Source: Promethearchaeota archaeon (GTDB taxonomy: Archaea; Asgardarchaeota; Heimdallarchaeia; Hodarchaeales; Hodarchaeaceae). From it: a stretch of 64,000 nucleotides of DNA. This document shows, in pieces, positions 10,942 to 19,685 of this stretch (the first letter of the stretch is position 1; each line of letters starts with the position of its first letter). The stretch spans positions 64,001 through 128,000 of the forward strand of contig JBHLMN010000012.1 in the NCBI GenBank assembly GCA_048938105.1, written 5' to 3'. The notes under the pieces are model-generated. The model was not told where the DNA came from. It was given only the letters and a program-made list of their open reading frames with translations, and did no database searches. The position numbers and the translations under genes were made by a program.

Positions 10942-11337
10942 TTAATCAAGATTGCTTAATGTCCTAATATAAGGAGTAATAGCCTGTTCAAATTTATTAA
11001 GATTTTCTCCTAGATTTAATAATTCTGTGAAAATCAAGCTTAAGGCGTTTCTAAATTTCTTTTCTTTTTTAGAAAGTAAAGGTTTGTCCATAATATTGAA
11101 GTAAAGATTTAGAAATTCTTTTAAGATTTCATTATATACTACCTCGCCTTCAAAAGATTTGTACTGAGTTTTATATTCATTTATCAAAATTTCAAGTATC
11201 TTTAGCTGATTCTGTTGCTTCCTTTCCCGACGTGATTTCCAAATCTCATAAAGAACCCCAATAAGAGGGGGAATAGTCCCTAAATTAATAACTGAAGTAC
11301 TTATCCAAAAAATGTCTTGACTCATCAAAATCACCAA
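10942..11337 (-). CDS. Hypothetical protein with N-terminal TM anchor
   Basis: Hydrophobic N-terminal segment followed by basic KSRRERK and a helical domain. Confidence 0.55.
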   Translation of the reverse strand: MVILMSQDIFWISTSVINLGTIPPLIGVLYEIWKSRRERKQQNQLKILEILINEYKTQYKSFEGEVVYNEILKEFLNLYFNIMDKPLLSKKEKKFRNALSLIFTELLNLGENLNKFEQAITPYIRTLSNLD

Positions 11338-11466
11338 AAAGAGTATTTAATTATAGTGAATCTATCATTTCTTGTACATATTTATGAATATTGATTAATA
11401 ATTCCTTTTGAGCTAAGCAAATTTTTTAAATTATAAACAAGCAAAAAAAGTTATATTTGACTGGGG

Positions 11467-13593
11467 ATGTTTTTAATGACAATAAAGATTGGAGACCTAA
11501 ATAGTGAGATTTTAGAGCGAGTTGAAAATTACTTCAAGAATTTAAGAGGTTGGGGGTCCTTATTTGTTAAAGATCCTACTGATGCTGAATCAATTGAAGA
11601 GATAATTTCTGAATATGAAGAATTAGAAAAGAAATTTGTGAATTTCTACGGGGATGCTTTGAAAAATCTTAATGGTTTCAGTAATATGTTGTTATGGGGA
11701 AGAAGGGGAACTGGAAAGTCCACATATCTCACAAAAGCGTTTTTTCAACAAATTTACCAATTTAAAGGAAGAAAAAGAAATGTCCCCATTTTTATAGACT
11801 GTAATTTGTTGTTTAAAGAGGATTTAGAGGAGAATCTTCTGAATATCTCATATTTTTATGCAGGTTTAAAATCTCAGATTGTAAAATCATTATTGTTGTT
11901 CCAAAAAATCCTTCATCATTTTAATAAAAAGAATTTAGTAAGTTTAGATGAAGATGAATTAAGTTGTATCAAATTCAAAGGACCAGAGTTTGAAACTGAA
12001 GATTTCAGTGAAGATTTGGCTAGGAATAAGTATGATTTATTTCTTGAGAAATATTCTCAACAGCTCTATAACAACATTCAGAAAGAACAACCAATGAATT
12101 TTGATAGTATCCTGACCTTTCTTGTTGAACTCAAAAGACAATGGCAAGTACATGGTTTTATTTTCTATATAGATGAAGTTTCTGAATTCTTTATAGCTAA
12201 AGGGCATTTTAAAGAAAGTGTTCGAAATTATTTTTTAGATTTCATATCTAGGGCCATTTTGAATTACAGCAGTTTGATGGTTTTCAAGCTAGTTTTATAT
12301 CAAGAGGCTGATTTTGAGTACCTTCAACGAGGTGCTCCAAAAGATGTTAGAGTTCATCGTAAATACTTTAATTCTTTTGCTGCTCTGGATTTATTTGATG
12401 AAAACAAATATTTTGGAAGAAAAATTGGAATAAAAGGAACCTCGATAAAACGACAATACGAATTGGATTTAAACAAACATATTGATGCCATCTTTAATAA
12501 GGCTTCAAATGATTGGAATCGAATCATTGCTGACTTTGAAAAGAAAGAAATTCAAAACAAAATTTATAAGTATCTTCGTGAAAGTACAGGAGGAACGATT
12601 AGAGAATTAGGTTTCATAATCTCAGAGGCAATAAAACAGTCTAAAGAAAATAAGACCAGACCGATTAATGTTACCATTCCTAATTTAAGAGCTGCTATTA
12701 TTGCTCACTATAAAAAAATCAATACTTCACTATTGACAAAAGAAATTAAATTAATGGAGGAAGTTATAAGCACGAAAAAGAAAGATAGAGACCCTAATAT
12801 ACTTTATTTTACTGATCGAATTAATAGCTCTGATTATAAGCCTCTAGATAAGAATAATGTTGAAAAAGTCTTTAAACATAATTTTTTAGCAGAATTAGAG
12901 CAAAATTTCATTATAAATATTGTTTCAATGTTAAAAACCAATGGAAATACCGAAACAATTTTTGTTTTTCATCCTGGATATGCTTTTCAAAATACTTGGC
13001 CTGATAAAGATATTGAGTTTAATAGTAACTATTTAAGGCATAATTCAATGCATATTGCACTAAATTTAAGGTATAAAAACTCATTTTCAAAGTATTTCAA
13101 GAATTATATTGAAGAAATAGAAGTGGAAGAACAATCCATAAAGAAAAAATATCTAAATATTATAAAAGAGGGTCTTCTAAAAAAAGGGGAAAGTTTAACC
13201 TCAATTGAGAGATTTATCTTTCCTAGCTTGAAGAACCAATCAATTTATGGTCTAAAACTCTTTTGTGAAGAAGTTGGTATTGCATTAACTACAGAGTCTG
13301 ATGAAGAAGTAGCAGTAGAAGTTCCAGATCTTCCGATCGAATACGATGATGAAGAGAAATGGTTCGATGCATATTTAGAACGTGCGAGAAAAAAATTAAT
13401 CAGAACTCAATATTTAAAAGATTATCTAAAAATATTAGAAATAATAAATAATAAAGAAAAGGCTACTTTCGAGGATATTGGCGATGAACTTAATATCAGT
13501 TATCCTGTAAGCCGGAGAAAATACTTTATAAATTTTTTAAAGAAGAAATCGCTGATAAAAGAAATTGATGGAATTTTTCAAATAAAACGTTAA
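11467..13593 (+). CDS. STAND/ORC-CDC6-like P-loop ATPase with C-terminal winged HTH
   Basis: LLWGRRGTGKS (Walker A), FIFYIDE (Walker B), STGGTIRE (sensor-2-like); C-terminal ATFEDIGDELNIS...FLKKKSLI HTH. Confidence 0.75.
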   Translation: MFLMTIKIGDLNSEILERVENYFKNLRGWGSLFVKDPTDAESIEEIISEYEELEKKFVNFYGDALKNLNGFSNMLLWGRRGTGKSTYLTKAFFQQIYQFKGRKRNVPIFIDCNLLFKEDLEENLLNISYFYAGLKSQIVKSLLLFQKILHHFNKKNLVSLDEDELSCIKFKGPEFETEDFSEDLARNKYDLFLEKYSQQLYNNIQKEQPMNFDSILTFLVELKRQWQVHGFIFYIDEVSEFFIAKGHFKESVRNYFLDFISRAILNYSSLMVFKLVLYQEADFEYLQRGAPKDVRVHRKYFNSFAALDLFDENKYFGRKIGIKGTSIKRQYELDLNKHIDAIFNKASNDWNRIIADFEKKEIQNKIYKYLRESTGGTIRELGFIISEAIKQSKENKTRPINVTIPNLRAAIIAHYKKINTSLLTKEIKLMEEVISTKKKDRDPNILYFTDRINSSDYKPLDKNNVEKVFKHNFLAELEQNFIINIVSMLKTNGNTETIFVFHPGYAFQNTWPDKDIEFNSNYLRHNSMHIALNLRYKNSFSKYFKNYIEEIEVEEQSIKKKYLNIIKEGLLKKGESLTSIERFIFPSLKNQSIYGLKLFCEEVGIALTTESDEEVAVEVPDLPIEYDDEEKWFDAYLERARKKLIRTQYLKDYLKILEIINNKEKATFEDIGDELNISYPVSRRKYFINFLKKKSLIKEIDGIFQIKR

Positions 13594-13640
13594 AAGAACC
13601 ATTTCTACGAATTAACCAAAGCCCCTAGGAAAAAAGCAGA

Positions 13641-14141
13641 TTGGTTGGTAAGAGAATAGCAAGTGATTATTATGTCCATCGAAAATATGTAAACAAAATT
13701 CAAAAAGAATTATTTATATTATATGAATTGGCCAAACTTGAATTATCACCTGAACAAGAAAAGAGCTGGAATATTTTAAAAGTTAACAAGAGGGAAAAGA
13801 GAGTTTCATTTTTGGAGTATCCAAAGTTTGATATTGATGCCCATCCAGAGTTAAAACACAGCATAAGCGTTAATCTATCAAAGTCTCCTCCAATTATACG
13901 GATAACACGAGGACGAGGGTATATTCTTCACAGGAAGGAGTTATTTATTGATAAGGACTACCCATTATACGCTAAATTTCATGAACTCACAAAAAAAGAG
14001 GAGGAATTCGGTCTTCTAGACGCCAAAATTGTTTTTAAAGGAAAAAAATTAGGGACTTTAATGGGGAGAAAGAAAATTTGGGAAGAATGGTTATCGTACA
14101 ACAATATAAAAATCTTAGATCATGAAATTGAAGTAGAATGA
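13641..14141 (+). CDS. Stand-alone non-catalytic domain of the DNA phosphorothioation-associated putative methyltransferase family (TIGR04096-like)
   Basis: VGK...YVH, VSFLEYPKFDIDAHPEL, ILHRKELF...YPLYAKFHELTKKEEEFGLLD, G...W...L..H match the terminal domain of that family as I recall it; no SAM motif. Confidence 0.75.
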   Translation: MVGKRIASDYYVHRKYVNKIQKELFILYELAKLELSPEQEKSWNILKVNKREKRVSFLEYPKFDIDAHPELKHSISVNLSKSPPIIRITRGRGYILHRKELFIDKDYPLYAKFHELTKKEEEFGLLDAKIVFKGKKLGTLMGRKKIWEEWLSYNNIKILDHEIEVE

Positions 14142-14174
14142 GATTTAGAAGGTGCCTAAAGCTTGACCTGATGG

Positions 14175-15023
14175 ATGGTGAAAAAATTAACAGATTTTCC
14201 TTGGAAGAAAGTCCTTGAAACTGCTGAAATCGATTTAATATCTTGGGAAAGAGTTAGTCCATTAATTAAACATGAAGTGTTTAAGGAATTAAATTTACAA
14301 CCAAAGAATTACATCCCAATATACTCTGAACAGGAACGACAACGAAAATTAGGAACAACTCAAAATATTTGGCCTTTTCGCACAGGAAAAGGTGAATGTG
14401 TTCTTATTCGGGGGAATATGAGTGTCAAGAATACTTACCAAAGTCCAAATACAAAACTAATATTACTCGAAGAAACATGCATTCCAAAATCATGTTCTTT
14501 GGGAAATTCTAAAACGGAGAGAGAATATTTAGCTCAAGGATTTAATTCTCGGGTATTTCATCAACTTTTAATAAATGAGAGTAAGAAAGAAGTATTTCTT
14601 GGAAGCGCTGGCAAACTATACTTGAATGCAAAAGTTCAGTATCATTCCGTTCCTATTAAGTTGAAGAATGTTCAATTTGAACTTGATTGGACTGTGGAAA
14701 CAAGAAATGAAGTTTTACATTTTGAGGCGAAATACTCACCTAAAAAACCAACACCTGAATATATTTTATTTCAAGTTTTTTATCCGACGGTTTATTTAAG
14801 CGAAAAGGTAAAGAATAAAACTATACGACCGTTTTTCCTTGATATTATAAAGGGCCATGGTTTTGTAGATTATCATTTCATGGAGATAGGATACGATGAT
14901 ACATTGAATTTATCTTCTTATAAAGTAGTACCAATCCAAAATACAACAATTCGTGTTAGCTTATCAGACCAACGGTTTCCAAACTTGATGAGTTATATAA
15001 ATACAAATCGTACAAGAAAATAA
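14175..15023 (+). CDS. PD-(D/E)XK restriction-endonuclease-like protein (DUF6997-like)
   Basis: QFELDWTVE...LHFEAK...FQVFYP resembles the QxExD...EAK...QLYYP pattern. Confidence 0.6.
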   Translation: MVKKLTDFPWKKVLETAEIDLISWERVSPLIKHEVFKELNLQPKNYIPIYSEQERQRKLGTTQNIWPFRTGKGECVLIRGNMSVKNTYQSPNTKLILLEETCIPKSCSLGNSKTEREYLAQGFNSRVFHQLLINESKKEVFLGSAGKLYLNAKVQYHSVPIKLKNVQFELDWTVETRNEVLHFEAKYSPKKPTPEYILFQVFYPTVYLSEKVKNKTIRPFFLDIIKGHGFVDYHFMEIGYDDTLNLSSYKVVPIQNTTIRVSLSDQRFPNLMSYINTNRTRK

Positions 15024-15341
15024 ATTTCCAAAGGGAAGATAAATAGTTATGTGGCCTTACAACAGTAATTTGTACTACAGTTGAGAATGGGTTTCTAAGT
15101 TATTTTAATTTTCCTTTAAGAAAAATTAATGAGTTTAAAATGAAAATAGATCATCAGATATTAAGTATTATAAGATTTCATAAAAATAAGCAAAAATAAC
15201 TTTATTATGAACATGATCAGCTACCTTTCAAATCGATTATAAATAAGATAGGTAAAATCTAGGTTAGAGATATGATGGAGAGTTTTTTAGCTTGAATGAA
15301 AAAATTTACAAATACTTACATTCCTCAGGGATTCACTTACT

Positions 15342-15791
15342 TATGAAGATCCTGGGATACATGAAAAACTTGAATAGTCATTTCAGTCTATATTGAGACT
15401 CAATAGATTATTTCGGGAAATTGAAAGAAAATAAAAAAAACCACTGTGATCATTTATGGATTCCATTTTTGTATTAATCAATTTTATAGAAAACGAAAAC
15501 AGAAAAAAAGAATTACTATATCTCGTTGGAGCCCACAAAGAGGCAATAATAGAATTAGATGTAAAATTAACTGGTATGCAGAAAGAAAGAAGCAAAGATT
15601 TCAAACCCTGGTTAATTGTAAAAAATAACACTCGGGGAATCTATTTAATAAATAAAATAATGAAGAAATTTGATCCCTGGGTTTCACTCTGGAAACAGAC
15701 TCCAATTTATCCTCATCAAATCCCAAAAGAAATAGTGGAGGTTGAAAGATGGGATCAAAACCTAGAAGAAAAGATGTTAAAAATAATGTAG
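15342..15791 (+). pseudogene. Probably 5'-decayed hypothetical gene (residual 111-aa ORF 15456-15791)
   Basis: The same frame reads protein-like upstream (YEDPGIHEKLE*SFQSILRLNRLFREIERK*KKPL*SF) with stops at 15375, 15432 and 15447. Confidence 0.4.
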
Positions 15792-15910
15792 ACAAGCAAA
15801 TTGAGAAACTTATCCACAAAGATGTTTTTAAAATTCTAAAACAAGGAACCAAAGCTTCAGAAAAAGAAGCAGAAAACAAAATAGATAACTTCATAAGAAG
15901 CTTGGATTAG
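15749..15910 (+). CDS. Small 53-aa protein immediately upstream of SMC ATPase (not in ORF track)
   Basis: GGAGGT SD-like motif 6 nt before ATG; MGSKPRRKDVKNNVDKQIEKLIHKDVFKILKQGTKASEKEAENKIDNFIRSLD*; stop 9 nt before the SMC start. Confidence 0.55.
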   Translation: MGSKPRRKDVKNNVDKQIEKLIHKDVFKILKQGTKASEKEAENKIDNFIRSLD

Positions 15911-15919
15911 GGAATCTTT

Positions 15920-17812
15920 ATGGATGACTGGGAGTTAACTGTTGAAAATATCGGGTGCTTTGTTGGAAAACATTCTTTTCTTTTTAAACAAGGTACAAAT
16001 GTGGTTATTGGGCCTAATGCTATAGGGAAGACGAGTTTGTTGCATGCATTCCAATTATTAATACCTCTGGATTCAAACATCATAGATACGAACATTTTGA
16101 ATTCTTCGTCAATGATTGGACATGTTCGCTTACAAAATGGTAATGATTGTTTTTTTATTGATATAGGGAGACGATCAGACGGTACTGTATGTGTTACCAG
16201 AAAAAAGAAGTTATTAACTGCGAACGAATTTGCTAAACAAGTTATTTTCTTAACAGAAAGCCACGAAATAATGGAAGCGGTGATAAAAGGAGATTTTAGT
16301 ATTTTAAAGGACTGGTTTGTGAGAATAACAGATTTAAACCTTTACCAAAAGGCTTATGGAGCTTGTATGAGGTTAGATTCTCGTTATAGAGACCAAAAAG
16401 ATCAGGAATCAAAACAAATACTAAAAGAGAAACATCGCTTACGCCAAGAACAGAAAAATATGCTTTCTGAAATTCGCAAAAAAAAATCAGTATTCAAAAA
16501 ATATCAGCTTGCATCAATTGCAAAAGAATTTGATTCTGAGCTTGTAACTAAATTTAGAAAGATTTCCTCCGAATTAGAAAGAATAAATAATGAATTGAAC
16601 AAATTAAAATTGGATAAAAATGTCTTAAAGACTCAACTCCCAAAGCTAACAAAGGATAAAGAAAATTTTCAATTAAAACTTTCAAAAATAGGAGAGAATT
16701 TTGAATCTGCAAAAGATCATGTTCAATATCACAATAATGAACTACAAAAGATTGACAGTGAAATTAAGCAGAAAAAATCTGTCCTTAATAAGATAAATAG
16801 AGAAATTTCACGATGTGATATTCTTATTTCGAATTTTATAAACACATTGGATGAAAATATAATCGAATGTTTGCACTGTGGTTCTGTGATATCGCAAATA
16901 CAATTAACCCAAAAACTAAGAACTATAGAAGATGAAAAAATTCATTTTGCAGAACAAAAATTAGAATTAACCAATTCAATATCTGAATTCCTAAATAATA
17001 GAAAAAAACATGAAGAACAACTTCAGGATATTAAAGTAGGACTTCCCAAAGAAGAAAAGGAACTTAGAAAGAAAATCGAAAGCACAAAAAACAAAATAAA
17101 TCGGCAAAAAAAGAAATTAACCGAACTCCAGAAAAGAATAGCGAGTAAAAATGAAGCATTAGACGAAATACAACTTATCTTTGAAAGTCTTCAGGGTCAA
17201 GTGCTGGAAAAATCCGAAAAGAAAAGCGAAATAGAACGCATGGAAAACGAATTACAAGGCGAACTCAAACATATGGAGAAGAGCTTAAGTAGGATCCAAA
17301 GTGACTTAACAAGAACAGAAACCCAGCTTTTAATGCTTAAAACATTTGATATAAAAAGAAAAAATCTGAAAAAAGTAATATATTTTGTCCAAAAAGGCAT
17401 TAAATCAATCCAAGAAAATATCTTGGACAAGATTAACTATCATCTTAACCAAATAATCACTGAATTGGATATACCATTTTTATCATCAATTAAGCTCGAT
17501 GATGATTTCAATCTGAAAATTGTTAGGAAAACAGGGGTACTTGGAGAATTTAGAGAACTTTCTGGTCTTGAAAAAAGATTAATTGCGATTCTTGTTGGTT
17601 TTTCAATAAAAAATGCACTCCTACAAGACTTTCCATTCTTTATTATTGATGAGACATTATATTCTGCAGATGATGAAAGTTTCGAGCAGATTATAAATTA
17701 TATTGGGCAAAATATAGATCTTTTGATTGTAACCCGATTAGGTACAAATCCAGATATTCAAAAGGGCGTATTGAATCAACAGAATATAGTTTATATGGAG
17801 AATGTGGCATGA
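15920..17812 (+). CDS. Rad50/SMC-like ABC ATPase with CxxC zinc hook (Sph/DndD-like)
   Basis: VENIG, GPNAIGKTS (Walker A), long coiled coils with central CLHCG, LSGLE signature, FFIIDE (Walker B). Confidence 0.85.
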   Translation: MDDWELTVENIGCFVGKHSFLFKQGTNVVIGPNAIGKTSLLHAFQLLIPLDSNIIDTNILNSSSMIGHVRLQNGNDCFFIDIGRRSDGTVCVTRKKKLLTANEFAKQVIFLTESHEIMEAVIKGDFSILKDWFVRITDLNLYQKAYGACMRLDSRYRDQKDQESKQILKEKHRLRQEQKNMLSEIRKKKSVFKKYQLASIAKEFDSELVTKFRKISSELERINNELNKLKLDKNVLKTQLPKLTKDKENFQLKLSKIGENFESAKDHVQYHNNELQKIDSEIKQKKSVLNKINREISRCDILISNFINTLDENIIECLHCGSVISQIQLTQKLRTIEDEKIHFAEQKLELTNSISEFLNNRKKHEEQLQDIKVGLPKEEKELRKKIESTKNKINRQKKKLTELQKRIASKNEALDEIQLIFESLQGQVLEKSEKKSEIERMENELQGELKHMEKSLSRIQSDLTRTETQLLMLKTFDIKRKNLKKVIYFVQKGIKSIQENILDKINYHLNQIITELDIPFLSSIKLDDDFNLKIVRKTGVLGEFRELSGLEKRLIAILVGFSIKNALLQDFPFFIIDETLYSADDESFEQIINYIGQNIDLLIVTRLGTNPDIQKGVLNQQNIVYMENVA

Positions 17813-19677
17813 GTCCTTTCAAATGGTGTTTAAATTGTCATATTCCACTCATTCAAAGTAAATGTGGGAATTCAAGACCTATACCCCATAAAGTAGTAGA
17901 TTTCATTTCTCGAGTGAAACCTGTTGGTAAAAAAGAGTATCAAATGTATAAAGCCCTTTTTGTTAACAATTCTGATACTGAAAGTGAATATACGATAGAG
18001 GATGAATCTAAGAAGGATAGAGCGAAACGTTTTCCCAAGATTCTTTATCGAAGTAGAAATCTACTATATTCTGAAATGTCAGAAGGAACACCTCATTTTA
18101 AGATATTATTACAGAGAGAAAATGATATTGATAATTGGGGATTAACTAATCGGAATATTATACTTCATGATAATAAAAATTACTTTAAAAGGTCCGAATA
18201 CAAAAAAATTAATGAATACTTCTGGACCGATCCTGAATATCGGAAGAAATTAATTGAAGGAAACAAAGAACGACTTGTGAAACTAGAGGAAAAGGCGCTT
18301 AAATTTATTCGTTGGGTTTACAAAAAAAAGAAAGAATCTAAGGTTTTTGTTTCTTTTAGCGGAGGTAAAGACAGCGCGGTAACTGCATATCTAACAAATA
18401 AAGCATTGTACAAAGAATTAGGTAGTGTTCCATTACTTTTTTCAAATACTGATATTGAATACCAAGAAACTGTGGACTATGTAAGAAAAAGAGATCTTGG
18501 TGAGGTTATAGAAGTAAAATCAAAGAATAAATTTCTTGATTTATGTGAAAAATTAGGTCCTCCAAGTCGCACTATGCGATGGTGTTGTTCAACACAAAAA
18601 GCATCACCAGTTAATCAATATTACTCGACAATAAAGAGTGAAATTTTAAGTTTTGACGGTATAAGAAGAGAAGAATCAAATTTAAGAGCTGAATATCCTC
18701 GACACCATCAGAATACGAAGCTACAACGCCAATATAGTGCTTATCCTATTTTAGATTGGTCTGAAATAGAGGTTTGGTTATTTACGCTTTGGCGTAATAT
18801 CCCTCTAAATCCCCTATATGATGAAGGTTTTGCTAGAATCGGATGTTGGGCTTGTCCAAATAACGGTCTATTTGATACATTTCTTTTCGAAAAAATTAAA
18901 CCCGAAATGGCTGATTATTGGTTTAAGAAGCTACGAACTTTCTCAGAGTCAATTTCTAATGAATACGATCACAAATATAAACATGATTGGATTTATCAAG
19001 GAAAATGGAAAGGACGGCGTGTAAAATATCATAATGAGTTAATTGGGGAAATTTCCCAACAAGATTCAAGCTTTGAGAACTTTGATATTGTTGATCCTGC
19101 AGAGGCAATATCAAAATATGATGAATTTCATGATGAAAATTCATTTGAGAATGAATCTAAGCCATGCAGCCAGACCAGTGTAATGGTTGTTTCATTGGAT
19201 CGCCCCTTAAAAGAAGACTCATTCGAATTTCTTAAAATTTTTGGGGATTCTAAACGTATTCTAATTGGAAATCAAACTTTGGTCAAGATAGAAGGACAAA
19301 AATATTCAATTCAGTATGTTGAAAATTCTAACAAAATTAAATATAAAATCCTAGAAAAAGAGAAGAATGAAAGAAACATATTACGTAATAGATTGATTCG
19401 TCAAATAAATAAATCTTTCAATTGTATTAAATGTGCCTCATGTGTTGGTCTTTGTCCTAAAGGAGCGATTAGTGTTATAGTTAACAGATACCAAGTAGAT
19501 TCAAGCAAATGCATTAATTGTTTAAAATGCACTTCGAGCAATCTGCTGAGTATGGGTTGTGTAGCCCTTCATTATAAACCTGATAGACTTTTAGTTGATC
19601 GAAATGTCACGAAACCGTCTTTAAAAGTGAGACATGATTCAGAAATGGTTACTGAATCTCAATTACTTACTACATAG
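17809..19677 (+). CDS. PAPS/APS-reductase-family PP-loop protein with C-terminal 4Fe-4S ferredoxin domain (DndC/SspD-like sulfur-insertion enzyme candidate)
   Basis: N-terminal WCLNC...C, SFSGGKDS, RWCC, GIRREES, RIGCWACP, CIKCASCVGLCP, CINCLKC; ATGA overlap with the SMC stop. Confidence 0.85.
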   Translation: MSPFKWCLNCHIPLIQSKCGNSRPIPHKVVDFISRVKPVGKKEYQMYKALFVNNSDTESEYTIEDESKKDRAKRFPKILYRSRNLLYSEMSEGTPHFKILLQRENDIDNWGLTNRNIILHDNKNYFKRSEYKKINEYFWTDPEYRKKLIEGNKERLVKLEEKALKFIRWVYKKKKESKVFVSFSGGKDSAVTAYLTNKALYKELGSVPLLFSNTDIEYQETVDYVRKRDLGEVIEVKSKNKFLDLCEKLGPPSRTMRWCCSTQKASPVNQYYSTIKSEILSFDGIRREESNLRAEYPRHHQNTKLQRQYSAYPILDWSEIEVWLFTLWRNIPLNPLYDEGFARIGCWACPNNGLFDTFLFEKIKPEMADYWFKKLRTFSESISNEYDHKYKHDWIYQGKWKGRRVKYHNELIGEISQQDSSFENFDIVDPAEAISKYDEFHDENSFENESKPCSQTSVMVVSLDRPLKEDSFEFLKIFGDSKRILIGNQTLVKIEGQKYSIQYVENSNKIKYKILEKEKNERNILRNRLIRQINKSFNCIKCASCVGLCPKGAISVIVNRYQVDSSKCINCLKCTSSNLLSMGCVALHYKPDRLLVDRNVTKPSLKVRHDSEMVTESQLLTT

Positions 19678-19685
19678 ATTTAAGT

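Noticed and set aside
15920-17812. Canonical Rad50/Mre11 repair or Wadjet (JetC) gene
   Set aside because: No Mre11/SbcD or JetABD neighbours; the protein is short and coupled to a PAPS-reductase-like gene.
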